From Actinomycetes bacterium (GTDB lineage: Bacteria; Actinomycetota; Actinomycetes; S36-B12; CAIYMF01), in contig JAJXTD010000001.1 of assembly GCA_021784035.1 (NCBI GenBank), positions 1 to 46,443 on the forward strand: a DNA stretch of 46,443 nucleotides. The letters are read 5' to 3'. The position numbers and the translations under genes are program-made. How positions within the stretch are numbered: position 1 is the stretch's first letter; every line of letters begins with the position of its first letter. Under the pieces are notes generated by a model that worked only from the letters and a program-made list of their open reading frames with translations, was not told the origin of the DNA and did not search any database. Shown here piece after piece: positions 38,051-46,443 of the stretch.

Positions 38051-39790
38051 GTGACGGAGGACATCCGCCGGCTGGGCGAGCGCTACGAGCTAGGCGAGGT
38101 GATCGGGCGCGGCGGCATGGCCGAGGTGTTCGAGGGCAAGGACCTGCGCCTCGGCCGCCGCGTCGCGGTGAAGATCCTGCGTCCCGACCTCGCCCGCGAC
38201 CCGAGCTTCCAGGCCCGGTTCCGCCGTGAGGCGCAGAGCGCCGCGTCGCTCAACCACCCGAACGTCGTCGCGGTGTACGACACCGGCGAGGACGTGCTCG
38301 GCGACAGCGAGGGCGAGACCGGCGAGATCGTGCCGTACATCGTCATGGAGTACGTCGACGGCATGACGCTGCGCCAGCTCCTGGCGACCGGGCGCCGCCT
38401 GCTGCCCGAGCGCGCGCTCGAGATCACCTCGGGCACGCTCGCGGCGCTCGACTACAGCCACCGCCACGGGATCGTGCACCGCGACATCAAACCGGCCAAC
38501 GTGATGCTCACCCGCGGCGGCGACGTCAAGGTGATGGACTTCGGCATCGCCCGTGCCCTCGCCGACGCCGGCCAGACGATGACCCAGCAGTCGGCGGTGC
38601 TCGGCACCGCGCACTACCTCTCGCCGGAGCAGGCGCGCGGCGAGATCGTCGACAGCCGCAGCGACCTGTACTCCACCGGCTGCCTGCTCTACGAGCTGCT
38701 CACCGGACGGCCGCCGTTCACCGGCGAGTCCCCCGTCTCGATCGCCTACCAGCACGTGAGCGAGCAGCCGGTCCCGCCGTCGCAGCTCGACCCGTCGGTC
38801 ACGCCGCAGGTCGACACCATCGTGCTCACGGCGCTCGCGAAGAACCCGGGCGACCGCTACCAGACGGCTGCGGAGATGCGTGCCGACGTCGAGCGGGCGA
38901 TGGCCGGCCTCCCCGTCACCGCGCCCGTCCCGGTGCTCGGCATGGGGCAGGACACGGCAGTGCTGACCCCCGTGGGCGCCGCGGCGGTTCCGGCCACGGC
39001 TACCGGCTCGAGCACGGCCCAGCGCGGGCCCGTGTTCTGGGTGCTGCTCACGCTCGGCGTGCTCGCCGTCGGCATCGCCACGGTGCTGGTCGGCCGGGCC
39101 ATCTTCGGGTCGCCGCCCGTGCAGCGGGTGGCCGTCCCCAACCTCAGCGGGCTCACCGTCCCGCAGGCCACCACGCTGCTCAGCCAGCAGGGCCTCGTGC
39201 TCGGCACCCAGACGCCGCAGACGTCGCCCGACCGGCCGAAGGACACGATCATCGGCCAGACCCCGGCGTCCGGCGAGCAGATCGAGAAGGGCCAGAAGGT
39301 CGACGTCACCGTCTCCACCGGCAAGGACCAGGCGACCGTCCCCCAGCTCGTCGGGCTGACCTCCTCCGACGCCGCGCGGGCCGCGCTCGTCGACGCCAAC
39401 CTCACCCTGGGGAAGGTCACCCAGGTGAAGTCCGACCAGCCGGCCGGTGTCGTGGTGGCGCAGAGCCTGCCGTTCCAGTCCACCGTCGACGCCGGGACGC
39501 CCGTCGACATCTCGGTGTCCGACGGCAAGACGACCGTGCCGAACGTGGTCGGGTCGAGCGAGGCTCAGGCGCGCAGTGACCTGATCAACGCCGGCTTCCA
39601 GCCCAACGTCGTCACGCAGGAGGACGGGACGGTCCCCGCGGGGCAGGTGCTCGCGCAGTCGCCGAAGGCCGGCACCAGTGCGGTCAAGGGCACGCTCGTG
39701 ACGATCACCGTCTCGACCGCACCGCCGACCCCGACGGCCACCCCCACCCCGACCCCCACCGCGACGACCCCGTCCCCCACCGCCACCTGA
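38051..39790 (+). CDS. pknB: PASTA-domain Ser/Thr kinase PknB
   Basis: GRGGMAEV, VAVK, HRDIKPAN, DFG, SPE, a TM helix, about 3 PASTA repeats and a Pro/Thr tail. Confidence 0.95.
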   Translation: MTEDIRRLGERYELGEVIGRGGMAEVFEGKDLRLGRRVAVKILRPDLARDPSFQARFRREAQSAASLNHPNVVAVYDTGEDVLGDSEGETGEIVPYIVMEYVDGMTLRQLLATGRRLLPERALEITSGTLAALDYSHRHGIVHRDIKPANVMLTRGGDVKVMDFGIARALADAGQTMTQQSAVLGTAHYLSPEQARGEIVDSRSDLYSTGCLLYELLTGRPPFTGESPVSIAYQHVSEQPVPPSQLDPSVTPQVDTIVLTALAKNPGDRYQTAAEMRADVERAMAGLPVTAPVPVLGMGQDTAVLTPVGAAAVPATATGSSTAQRGPVFWVLLTLGVLAVGIATVLVGRAIFGSPPVQRVAVPNLSGLTVPQATTLLSQQGLVLGTQTPQTSPDRPKDTIIGQTPASGEQIEKGQKVDVTVSTGKDQATVPQLVGLTSSDAARAALVDANLTLGKVTQVKSDQPAGVVVAQSLPFQSTVDAGTPVDISVSDGKTTVPNVVGSSEAQARSDLINAGFQPNVVTQEDGTVPAGQVLAQSPKAGTSAVKGTLVTITVSTAPPTPTATPTPTPTATTPSPTAT

Positions 39791-39812
39791 CCGAGAAGTC
39801 AGCAGGGCCCTC

Positions 39813-40227
39813 CGGCGAAGCGGACGGGGCCACGGCCCGGGACCACCCCCGCAGGGGGTGTCCCGGACCGTGCGGGAGGTGCCGCAGGCGCCGACCAGCC
39901 CCGGAAGCGGAGCCGGGCGCCGACGACCCCGCACCGGAGGTGCGGGGTCTTGGAGGCGCCAGCAGTACGCCGAAGCACGAAGGGACGACGGCGCCCGACC
40001 GTCCGCCGGCCGCGGGCAGGTGCAGTACGGCGAAGCGGACGGGGCCACGGCCCCGCACCGGAGGTGCGGGGCCCTGGAGGCGCCAGCAGTACGCCGAAGC
40101 ACGGAGGGGCGGACCGGCGGAGTGCCCCTTCAGGGGCGCGACCGCCGGTCCCGTCGACGGCCGCAGGCCGACGACCCGCCCCGACGCGGAGGGGTGCGGC
40201 GACGCGGGCGCCCCGGAGGGCGCCCGC
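39813..40227. repeat. Mosaic cluster of direct repeats and GC hairpins (REP/BIME-like)
   Basis: 26-bp exact repeat (39813-39838, 40028-40053); 53-bp repeat with 2 mismatches (39927-39979, 40051-40103); five hairpins. Confidence 0.8.
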
Positions 40228-40236
40228 TTGGAGCCG

Positions 40237-40842
40237 CTAGAGAACGAGGCTGCGGCTCACCGCGGCCGAGTCGCCGCACACGGCCAGCCAGTTCGCCAGG
40301 ATCCGGTGGCCGCCCTCGGTGAGCACGCTCTCCGGGTGGAACTGCACGCCCTCGACCGCCAGGGTGCGGTGGCGGACCGCCATGATCACGCCGCTGTCGG
40401 TGAACGCGGTGACCTCCAGCTCGGCCGGCACGGTCGCGGGGTCGATGGTGAGCGAGTGGTAGCGCGTGGCGGTGAACGGGTCGGGCAGGCCCGCGAGCAC
40501 GCCCGCTCCGCCGTGGTGCACCTGGCTGGTCTTGCCGTGCAGCAGCTCGGGGGCCCGGACGATCGAGGCGCCGAACGCCTCGCCGATGGCCTGGTGCCCG
40601 AGGCACACCCCGAAGACCGGGACGAGGCCGCCGAGTGCGTGGACCATGTCGAGGCAGACCCCGGCACCGGACGGGGTCCCCGGGCCCGGGGAGAGCAGGA
40701 CGCCGTCGTAGGAACGACCCTCGTCCGGGGTGACCTCGTCGTTGCGCCGCACGTCGACCTCGGCACCGAGCTGGCCGAGGTACTGCACGATGTTGAAGAC
40801 GAACGAGTCGTAGTTGTCCACGACGAGGATCCGGGCGCTCAC
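40237..40842 (-). CDS. pabA: Aminodeoxychorismate/anthranilate synthase component II (PabA/TrpG)
   Basis: VVDNYDSF, SPGPG, GVCLGHQ, RYHSL and QFHPES. Confidence 0.93.
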   Translation of the reverse strand: MSARILVVDNYDSFVFNIVQYLGQLGAEVDVRRNDEVTPDEGRSYDGVLLSPGPGTPSGAGVCLDMVHALGGLVPVFGVCLGHQAIGEAFGASIVRAPELLHGKTSQVHHGGAGVLAGLPDPFTATRYHSLTIDPATVPAELEVTAFTDSGVIMAVRHRTLAVEGVQFHPESVLTEGGHRILANWLAVCGDSAAVSRSLVL

Positions 40843-40893
40843 GCGCACATCATCGCCTACGCCGGACCGGCGTCCGATCGGGATACCCGCGGC

Positions 40894-41082
40894 TCACGGA
40901 CCGGCGGTCGCGGTGGGTGCCACGCCGTCGTCCACGGTCACGTCGTTGAACGGCAGCCGGGGCTCGATCCACGGGAAGACGACGGTGAAGAGCAGCACGA
41001 CGACCGCCGCGAAGGCCACGAGCGCCTCCAGCAGCTTCACCGGCCACGGGCCGGGCAGCTTGCGCCACATCCAGGCGTACAC
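40894..41082 (-). CDS. 62-aa single-TM protein between sortase E and pabA
   Basis: From GTG 41082: MYAWMWRKLPGPWPVK...VVFPWIEPRLPFNDVTV; high-GC codon bias. Confidence 0.75.
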   Translation of the reverse strand: MYAWMWRKLPGPWPVKLLEALVAFAAVVVLLFTVVFPWIEPRLPFNDVTVDDGVAPTATAGP

Positions 41083-41135
41083 GGTCTCGTCGGTGTCCTC
41101 GTCGCTCGGGCGGATGGGTTCGGGCGGTCGGCGGA

Positions 41136-41915
41136 TCAGGCGGTGCCGGTGAGGCCGTCCGGCGGCGGGTCGCTCGTCGGGCTCGTCGCGCTGAGCACGC
41201 CCCACCACGCCCAGCGACCGGTCGACCCGTACCGCGGCGTGCACGTGGTCATGGTGAGCAGCCGCTGGGTCGGCGTGGCGCCGAGCTTGCCCGGCACCGG
41301 GTCGACGACCCAGACGTCGGTCGGCGTCAGGGTCGAGTCGTCCCGGGTCAGCGTGTAGACGTACCACGTGGTTCGGGTCTGGACGTAGACCTTGTCGCCG
41401 GAGCGCAGGTCGGGGAAGTTGGCGAACGGCTCGTCGTGGGTCGAGCGGTGCGCCGCGATCGCGAAGTTGCCGAGCGCGCCCGGCATCGCCGAGGAGCGGT
41501 AGTGCCCGGCGCCCTGGGCGAGCACGTCCTTGCTCGTCCCCTCGTGGACGGGCAGGCCCCACACCTTGTCGCGCAGGCGCGGGATGTAGAGCAGGGCGAA
41601 GCCGCTGCCGTAGGTGGGGACCGGTTGCGCCGTCGGGCTCGGGGTGGCCCGCCCCGGCGACGTGCTCGAGGGCGTCGGCGTCGGCGTCGGGAGGGGCTGA
41701 CGCCACGACTTGACGATCTCGTCGCGGCTCGCGGCGATGGCCTGGGCGCTCTCCACGTTCGTCCACCACAGCTGGTAGACGCACATGAGCAGCAGCAGGA
41801 CGCCGAGGGTGATGAGGACCTCGCCGACCCCCCGCACGACGCGGCGCACGGAGTCACCTCGCGATGGCGGCAGGTCCGGTTCGGCCAGATGCGCGCCGTG
41901 CCCCCCCGTGCTCAC
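41136..41915 (-). CDS. Class E sortase
   Basis: GEVLITLG anchor; AAHR, TMTTC and Arg catalytic residues. Confidence 0.92.
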   Translation of the reverse strand: MSTGGHGAHLAEPDLPPSRGDSVRRVVRGVGEVLITLGVLLLLMCVYQLWWTNVESAQAIAASRDEIVKSWRQPLPTPTPTPSSTSPGRATPSPTAQPVPTYGSGFALLYIPRLRDKVWGLPVHEGTSKDVLAQGAGHYRSSAMPGALGNFAIAAHRSTHDEPFANFPDLRSGDKVYVQTRTTWYVYTLTRDDSTLTPTDVWVVDPVPGKLGATPTQRLLTMTTCTPRYGSTGRWAWWGVLSATSPTSDPPPDGLTGTA

Positions 41916-42347
41916 GGCCGGACCGCCCCGCCGACGGCGCGGGCGGTGCCACGGGAGGGACGGGTGCGCACGGCACCACGGTAGACGGCGGCCGTCCGGT
42001 CCCCGGGCGACGGTCGTCCCGGGTACGCCGTGTCGCGCTCGACCGAGCTCACCTACGCCGCCCCCTCCCCGGCCCAGCGCCGGACACCGCCCGACGTCGT
42101 GGACGACCGGCTTCCGCTGTGAGGACGCTCGGCGGCCTCCGGGCGTTCCGTCCGGGCGTTCCGTCCGGTCCGCGACCGGCGCCGGCCGTCCCGGATGCCG
42201 GACGACGGGTCCGGCCCTGCCATCGCGGCCTGCGGGCTCGGTAGGCTGGGTCCCGCGACGGGGCTCGACGCCCGCCGCACCGTCCGGTGAGCCTGCCGGC
42301 TCGCCCGCGGCCCCGTGCCGCGGCCCACCGCCACGAAGGGGACCACC

Positions 42348-42602
42348 GTGCCCGAGTCCCGGGTCCGCCGGAAGAAGAACTTCACCCCGCCGAGCACCGC
42401 ACCCGAGCCGGTGAAGTTCGGCTCCGCCTCGTGGTGGGCACCGGTCATGGTCGGGTTCTTCGTGCTCGGCCTGCTGTGGATCGTCGTGTACTACATCGCG
42501 GGCGCCGACCTGCCGGTGATGAAGGCCCTCGGCTGGTGGAACGTCGTGGTCGGCTTCGGCCTCATCGGGGTCGGGTTCGGCATGTCCACCCGCTGGCGCT
42601 GA
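42348..42602 (+). CDS. crgA: Cell division protein CrgA
   Basis: MPESRVRRKK...GLLWIVVYY...WN...MSTRWR; RBS-like AAGGGG. Confidence 0.95.
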   Translation: MPESRVRRKKNFTPPSTAPEPVKFGSASWWAPVMVGFFVLGLLWIVVYYIAGADLPVMKALGWWNVVVGFGLIGVGFGMSTRWR

Positions 42603-42649
42603 CCGGCCCCCACCCGCGGTCGTCGGCCGCGGACTTACACCGGTGTGAT

Positions 42650-42715
42650 TCGTCCCCAGGTGTGGACGAACCTGTGGATAACTCGGGGATCACGCCGGGA
42701 TCCGCCTGTGGGTAG
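42650..42715. promoter_or_regulatory. DnaA-box cluster downstream of crgA
   Basis: Perfect TTATCCACA (minus, 42673-42681); degenerate TCGTCCACA (minus, 42661-42669), TCGTCCCCA (plus, 42650-42658) and CTACCCACA (minus, 42707-42715). Confidence 0.75.
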
Positions 42716-42753
42716 CGCCGGCGGCCCCGCCGTCCCCATGCCGCGCGACTCGC

Positions 42754-43899
42754 TCAGAGCAGCTCGAGGATGGTCGCGTTCGCCATCCCGCCGCCCTCGC
42801 ACATGGTCTGCAGGCCGTAGCGGATGCCGCCCCGCCGCATGTGGTGCACGAGCGTCGTCATCAGTCGAGCGCCGGACGCGCCGAGCGGGTGGCCGAGGGC
42901 GATCGCACCGCCGTTCGGGTTGAGCAGGTCGGGGTCGGCGCCGGTGTCGGCGAGCCAGGCGCCGATGACCGAGGCGAACGCCTCGTTGACCTCGAACGCA
43001 CCGATGTCCGACAGCGCCAGCCCGGAGCGGGCGAGCACCTTCGCGGTGGCCGGGATCGGGCCGGTGAGCATGATGACCGGGTCGACGCCGGCCAGCGCCA
43101 CGGTGTGGATCCGGGCCATCGGCGTGAGGCCGAGCTCGGCGGCCTTCGCCGACGTGGTGAGCAGCAGCGCCGCCGACCCGTCGGAGATCTGCGAGGCGTT
43201 GCCCGCGGTGACGACGCCGTCCTCGCGGAACGCCGGGCGCAGGCCGGCCAGCGTCTCCAGCGTGGTGCCGCGCCGGATGCCCTCGTCCGCCGTGACGTCC
43301 CCGACTGGGAGGATCTCCTCGGCGAAATGGCCCGAGTCCGTGGCCGCGGCCGCCCGCTCGTGCGAGCGGACCGCGATCTCGTCGAGCTGGGTGCGCGACA
43401 GCCCCCACTTCTCGGCGATCATCTCGGCCGAGATGCCCTGGCCCACGAGGCCGTTGTCGTAGCGCTCGAGCATGCGCGGCGGGAAGGGACCGTCACCACC
43501 GACCATGTTGGAGAACATCGGCACGCGCGACATCGACTCGACGCCGCCGGCGACCACGACGTCGTAGTGGCCGGCCACGAGACCCGCGGCGGCGAAGTGC
43601 ACGGCCTGCTGGCTCGACCCGCACTGCCGGTCGACTGTCGTGCCGGGGACGGACTCGGGGAATCCGGCCGCGAGCGCCGCGTTGCGCCCGATGTTGACCC
43701 CCTGCTCGCCGACCTGCGAGACGCAGCCCCAGATGACGTCGTCGACGAGGGCCGGGTCGACGCCGGTGCGCGCCACGAGGCCGGACAGCACGTGGGCCGA
43801 GAGGTCCCCCGGGTGCACGCCGGACAGCGCCTTGCCCGGCTTGCCGACGCCGACCGGCGTACGGACGGCTCCGACGATCACGGCGTCGTGCTGGCTCAC
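42754..43899 (-). CDS. Thiolase (acetyl-CoA C-acyltransferase)
   Basis: VDRQCGSS, GVESMS, NEAF, GHPLGASG and CEGGG; RBS GGGAGG. Confidence 0.95.
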   Translation of the reverse strand: MSQHDAVIVGAVRTPVGVGKPGKALSGVHPGDLSAHVLSGLVARTGVDPALVDDVIWGCVSQVGEQGVNIGRNAALAAGFPESVPGTTVDRQCGSSQQAVHFAAAGLVAGHYDVVVAGGVESMSRVPMFSNMVGGDGPFPPRMLERYDNGLVGQGISAEMIAEKWGLSRTQLDEIAVRSHERAAAATDSGHFAEEILPVGDVTADEGIRRGTTLETLAGLRPAFREDGVVTAGNASQISDGSAALLLTTSAKAAELGLTPMARIHTVALAGVDPVIMLTGPIPATAKVLARSGLALSDIGAFEVNEAFASVIGAWLADTGADPDLLNPNGGAIALGHPLGASGARLMTTLVHHMRRGGIRYGLQTMCEGGGMANATILELL

Positions 43900-43942
43900 G
43901 GGACCTCCCGGGGATCGCGGGCGGACCCGCGGCGACATCGTC

Positions 43943-43954
43943 TACCGGACGGTA
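43943..43954. promoter_or_regulatory. Palindrome upstream of the thiolase, candidate repressor operator
   Basis: TACCG-GA-CGGTA, 44-55 bp upstream of the start. Confidence 0.45.
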
Positions 43955-43985
43955 ACCCCGTCGTGTCCCGGCGTCGACGCGGGGG

Positions 43986-44888
43986 TCACGCCTGGGCCGA
44001 CGTGATCCCCAGCCGGACCAGCTCCGCGGTCAGCGCGGTGTCCCGCACCACCACGAGCACGCACAGTGCCGCCACGACCAGTGCCACCCCTGTCACCTGC
44101 ACGACGATCCGGTGTCCTGCCGGCGCGAAGGCGACGATCGCCGCGACCACGGCGCCGGTCGCCAGGCCACCGAGGTGCGCCCGCCAGTCGATGCCGCCCA
44201 TCACGAAGCCGATCACCACGTTCAGCGCGATGAGCCCCACGACCTGCGAGATGTCGGCCCGCAGCGCCCGGCCCACGACGACGTACGCGCCCATGAGCCC
44301 GAAGATGGCGCCGCTCGCACCGATGCCGACGATGTCGGGGCTGGAGAACCAGAACGAGGCCACCGAGCCGCCGATCCCCGCCACGAGGTAGAGCACCGTG
44401 AACCGCACGTGGCCGAGCACCTGCTCGAGCTGGGGGCCGAGCATCCACAGGACCAGCATGTTGAACCCGATGTGCCACAGGCTGGCGTGCAGGAACATCG
44501 AGGTGACGAGCCGGTAGTACTCGTTGTGGAGCGCGACTCCGACGGGCCACTGCCCGTAGTCGCTCGTGATCTGGTCGAGCCCCGTCGTCGGGTCCGTGCG
44601 GCTCAGCGTCTGCAGCCCGAACAGCACGACGTTCAGCGCGATGAGCGTGAGCGTGACGTACGGGCGCGAGATCGTGCGAGCGCCGAGCCGCGTGCGCACC
44701 TCGGGCACCGCGGCGCGGCCCTCGGCCACGCACTCGGGGCACTGGAACCCGACGGCCGCGCTGATCATGCAGTCCGGGCAGATCGGACGGTCGCACCGGG
44801 CGCAGCGGATGTAGGTCTCGCGGCCGGGATGCCGGTAGCAGACCGGGACCGCCGTGGGTGCTGCCCCGGTCGGGTCAGGCGTCGACAC
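43986..44888 (-). CDS. Rhomboid intramembrane serine protease with N-terminal B-box-like Zn finger
   Basis: CYRHP...[12 protein letters not shown]...CPEC; HIGFNM, GASG and AHLGG. Confidence 0.94.
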   Translation of the reverse strand: MSTPDPTGAAPTAVPVCYRHPGRETYIRCARCDRPICPDCMISAAVGFQCPECVAEGRAAVPEVRTRLGARTISRPYVTLTLIALNVVLFGLQTLSRTDPTTGLDQITSDYGQWPVGVALHNEYYRLVTSMFLHASLWHIGFNMLVLWMLGPQLEQVLGHVRFTVLYLVAGIGGSVASFWFSSPDIVGIGASGAIFGLMGAYVVVGRALRADISQVVGLIALNVVIGFVMGGIDWRAHLGGLATGAVVAAIVAFAPAGHRIVVQVTGVALVVAALCVLVVVRDTALTAELVRLGITSAQA

Positions 44889-45399
44889 TCTCGACCGTGA
44901 CGCTCGAGATGACGACGGCGTCCTTCGGCCGGTCCATCGCACCGACGGGGACGGCCGCGATCGCGTCGACGACGGCGCGGCTCTCCGCGTCGGCCACCTC
45001 GCCGAAGATCGTGTGCTTCATGGTGAGCCACGGGGTCGGGGCCACGGTGATGAAGAACTGCGAGCCGTTCGTGCCCGGCCCGGAGTTCGCCATCGCGAGC
45101 AGGTAGGGCCGGGAGAACTGCAGCTCGGGGTGGAACTCGTCGCCGAAGCGGTAGCCCGGGCCGCCGGTGCCGGTGCCGAGCGGGTCGCCGCCCTGGATCA
45201 TGAACCCGGAGATCACGCGGTGGAAGGCCACGCCGTCGTAGAGCGGGGCGTGGGACTTCGCGCCGGTGCGCGGGTCGGTCCACTCCTGCGACCCGTCCGC
45301 GAGACCGATGAAGTTCCTCACCGTCTTCGGGGCGTGGTTCGGGAACAGCTCGATGCGGATGTCGCCGTGGTTGGTGTGCAGCGTCGCGTAGGTCGTCAC
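44875..45399 (-). CDS. ppiA: Cyclophilin peptidyl-prolyl isomerase
   Basis: [29 protein letters not shown] and HTIFG. Confidence 0.95.
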   Translation of the reverse strand: MTTYATLHTNHGDIRIELFPNHAPKTVRNFIGLADGSQEWTDPRTGAKSHAPLYDGVAFHRVISGFMIQGGDPLGTGTGGPGYRFGDEFHPELQFSRPYLLAMANSGPGTNGSQFFITVAPTPWLTMKHTIFGEVADAESRAVVDAIAAVPVGAMDRPKDAVVISSVTVESVDA

Positions 45400-45541
45400 C
45401 CGGGAATCCTCGCACGTCGCGCGTCGGGTCGCCGCCGTCGGGGGCGGCCCCGCGCCCGACGGCCGGAGCGCGGGCGGTGGAGGCTGGGGAGCCGTCGCCG
45501 GCCGGACGGCGAGCTCCTCCCCAGCATCGTCCGGCACACGG

Positions 45542-45577
45542 CAGGACGGGCCGGGGGATCAACCCCGGCCCGTCCTG
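45542..45577 (-). terminator. Terminator after tRNA-Ala
   Basis: CAGGACGGGCCGGGG / CCCCGGCCCGTCCTG stem. Confidence 0.7.
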
Positions 45578-45582
45578 ACGAG

Positions 45583-45655
45583 TGGAGGCTAGGGGACTCG
45601 AACCCCTGACTTCTGCCTTGCAAAGGCAGCGCTCTACCAGCTGAGCTAAGCCCCC
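45583..45655 (-). tRNA. tRNA-Ala(TGC)
   Basis: GGGGGCT/AGCCTCC acceptor with G3:U70; CTGCC-TTTGCAA-GGCAG anticodon arm. Confidence 0.97.
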
Positions 45656-45695
45656 GGTGGTCGGCCCGGAGGCCGCAGCACAGGGTCCACGCCGA

Positions 45696-45821
45696 CTAGC
45701 GCAGGTCGGGAGCGGAGGTCGCCTCGGTCCAGAGGTCCTGCTCCGCCTGGCTGGCCGAGATCTGGCGGTAGACGACGTACCCCACGGCGGCGAGCGCGGC
45801 GATCAGGATGAGCTTCTTCAC
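45696..45821 (-). CDS. DLW-39 family small protein (41 aa)
   Basis: MKKLILIAALAAVGYVVYRQISASQAEQDLWTEAT..., RBS GGAGG, located between tRNA-Ile and tRNA-Ala. Confidence 0.85.
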   Translation of the reverse strand: MKKLILIAALAAVGYVVYRQISASQAEQDLWTEATSAPDLR

Positions 45822-45853
45822 GGTTCCTGCCTCCCGAGGCGGGGTGGGGCTGG

Positions 45854-45931
45854 TGGTGGGCCTAGATGGACTTGAACCATCGACCTCTTCCTTATCAGGG
45901 AAGCGCTCTAACCGAGCTGAGCTATAGGCCC
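45854..45931 (-). tRNA. tRNA-Ile(GAT), CCA encoded
   Basis: GGGCCTA/TAGGCCC acceptor; anticodon loop CTGATAA; T loop TTCAAGT. Confidence 0.97.
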
Positions 45932-46008
45932 GTACAGCGTGCCGCAGAAGGTTACCCCAGGCCCGGTGAGCCGCCCAAACCACGCCCCTCGCCGAGGCCG
46001 AGGAGCGA

Positions 46009-46443
46009 TCAGGAGTCCTCGGACAGCGTCACCTCGAGCCCGCCGGTGAGCCCGACGGAGAGGTTGTAGAGGAAGGCGAACAGCGTCGCGAGGGCCGAGC
46101 CCAGCACGACCTCGATGGCGGTGAGGACGAGTGCGACCCCCATGACCCGGCTGAAGCCGACCAGGGACAGGAAGTCGAACGACGACGTGCCCGAGCCGGC
46201 GACGTCGTCGATGGTGCGACCGACCGCCGCGAACACCCCGGTGACGTCGAGGGTCCACCACAGCAGCGCCGTCGCCATGAGCACGACGATGCCGATCGAG
46301 ATCGACAGCATGAACGCCGTCTTCATGACCGACCACGGGTCGAGCCGGGTGACCAGCAGCCGGGCCCGGCGCGGACCGCTCGGCCGCGGCGCGGCGACGG
46401 GCGCGGACGACGGCATCCCCGACCCGGTGCGCGGGTCCGGCGC
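46009..46443 (-). CDS. DUF3566 membrane protein (Rv0007-like), 5' end probably outside the window
   Basis: RRARL..TRLDPWSVMK and FLYNL...GGLEVTLSE; usual position between gyrA and tRNA-Ile. Confidence 0.9.
   Translation of the reverse strand, partial: APDPRTGSGMPSSAPVAAPRPSGPRRARLLVTRLDPWSVMKTAFMLSISIGIVVLMATALLWWTLDVTGVFAAVGRTIDDVAGSGTSSFDFLSLVGFSRVMGVALVLTAIEVVLGSALATLFAFLYNLSVGLTGGLEVTLSEDS

Noticed and set aside
39722-39787. Pro/Thr repeats at the ends of pknB and pstP
   Set aside because: Ordinary low-complexity extracellular tails.
39813-40227. Possible CRISPR array
   Set aside because: Only 2-3 copies per module, irregular spacing, no unique equal-length spacers and no cas genes.
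42650-42715. Possible oriC
   Set aside because: Too few boxes, no AT-rich unwinding element and no adjacent dnaA/dnaN; the origin is expected beyond the right edge.
45851-45857. Encoded CCACCA after tRNA-Ile as a decay tag
   Set aside because: The second CCA is most simply trailer sequence in a C-rich context; the acceptor stem is normal.
45583-45931. tRNA-Ile/tRNA-Ala pair as an rRNA operon spacer
   Set aside because: No 16S or 23S sequence flanks it; this is the standard gyrA-proximal pair in Actinomycetota.

Overview
High-GC (roughly 70-75% by eye) actinobacterial chromosome segment. The right third is the conserved oriC-flanking block: DUF3566 (partial), tRNA-Ile, DLW-39 peptide, tRNA-Ala, ppiA, rhomboid, an inserted thiolase, a DnaA-box cluster, crgA, sortase E, trpG/pabA, the fhaA-fhaB-pstP-rodA-pbpA-pknB operon and tRNA-Leu(CAG). 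The left two-thirds hold housekeeping and accessory genes: an acyl-CoA carboxylase pair, moeA, GNAT and SET-domain genes, bpa, serS, a c-di-AMP riboswitch before an NlpC/P60 gene, csoR-copZ-copA with its operator, pheA, a channel-like gene plus GDT1, SEC-C/DUF5926, glpQ and Fpg/Nei. Most notable: (1) a ~2.2 kb integrase-less islet at the tRNA-Leu 3' end, bounded by a displaced tRNA 3'-end copy and carrying a translationally coupled XRE-HTH / ImmA-IrrE peptidase / PIN triad; (2) three ~130-bp intergenic hairpin elements of one REPIN/MITE-like family; (3) a candidate single-hairpin sRNA with its own promoter and a C-rich loop; (4) a mosaic hairpin/repeat cluster after pknB. All calls come from motif recognition and gene context; no database searches were run, and start codons were adjusted by eye.
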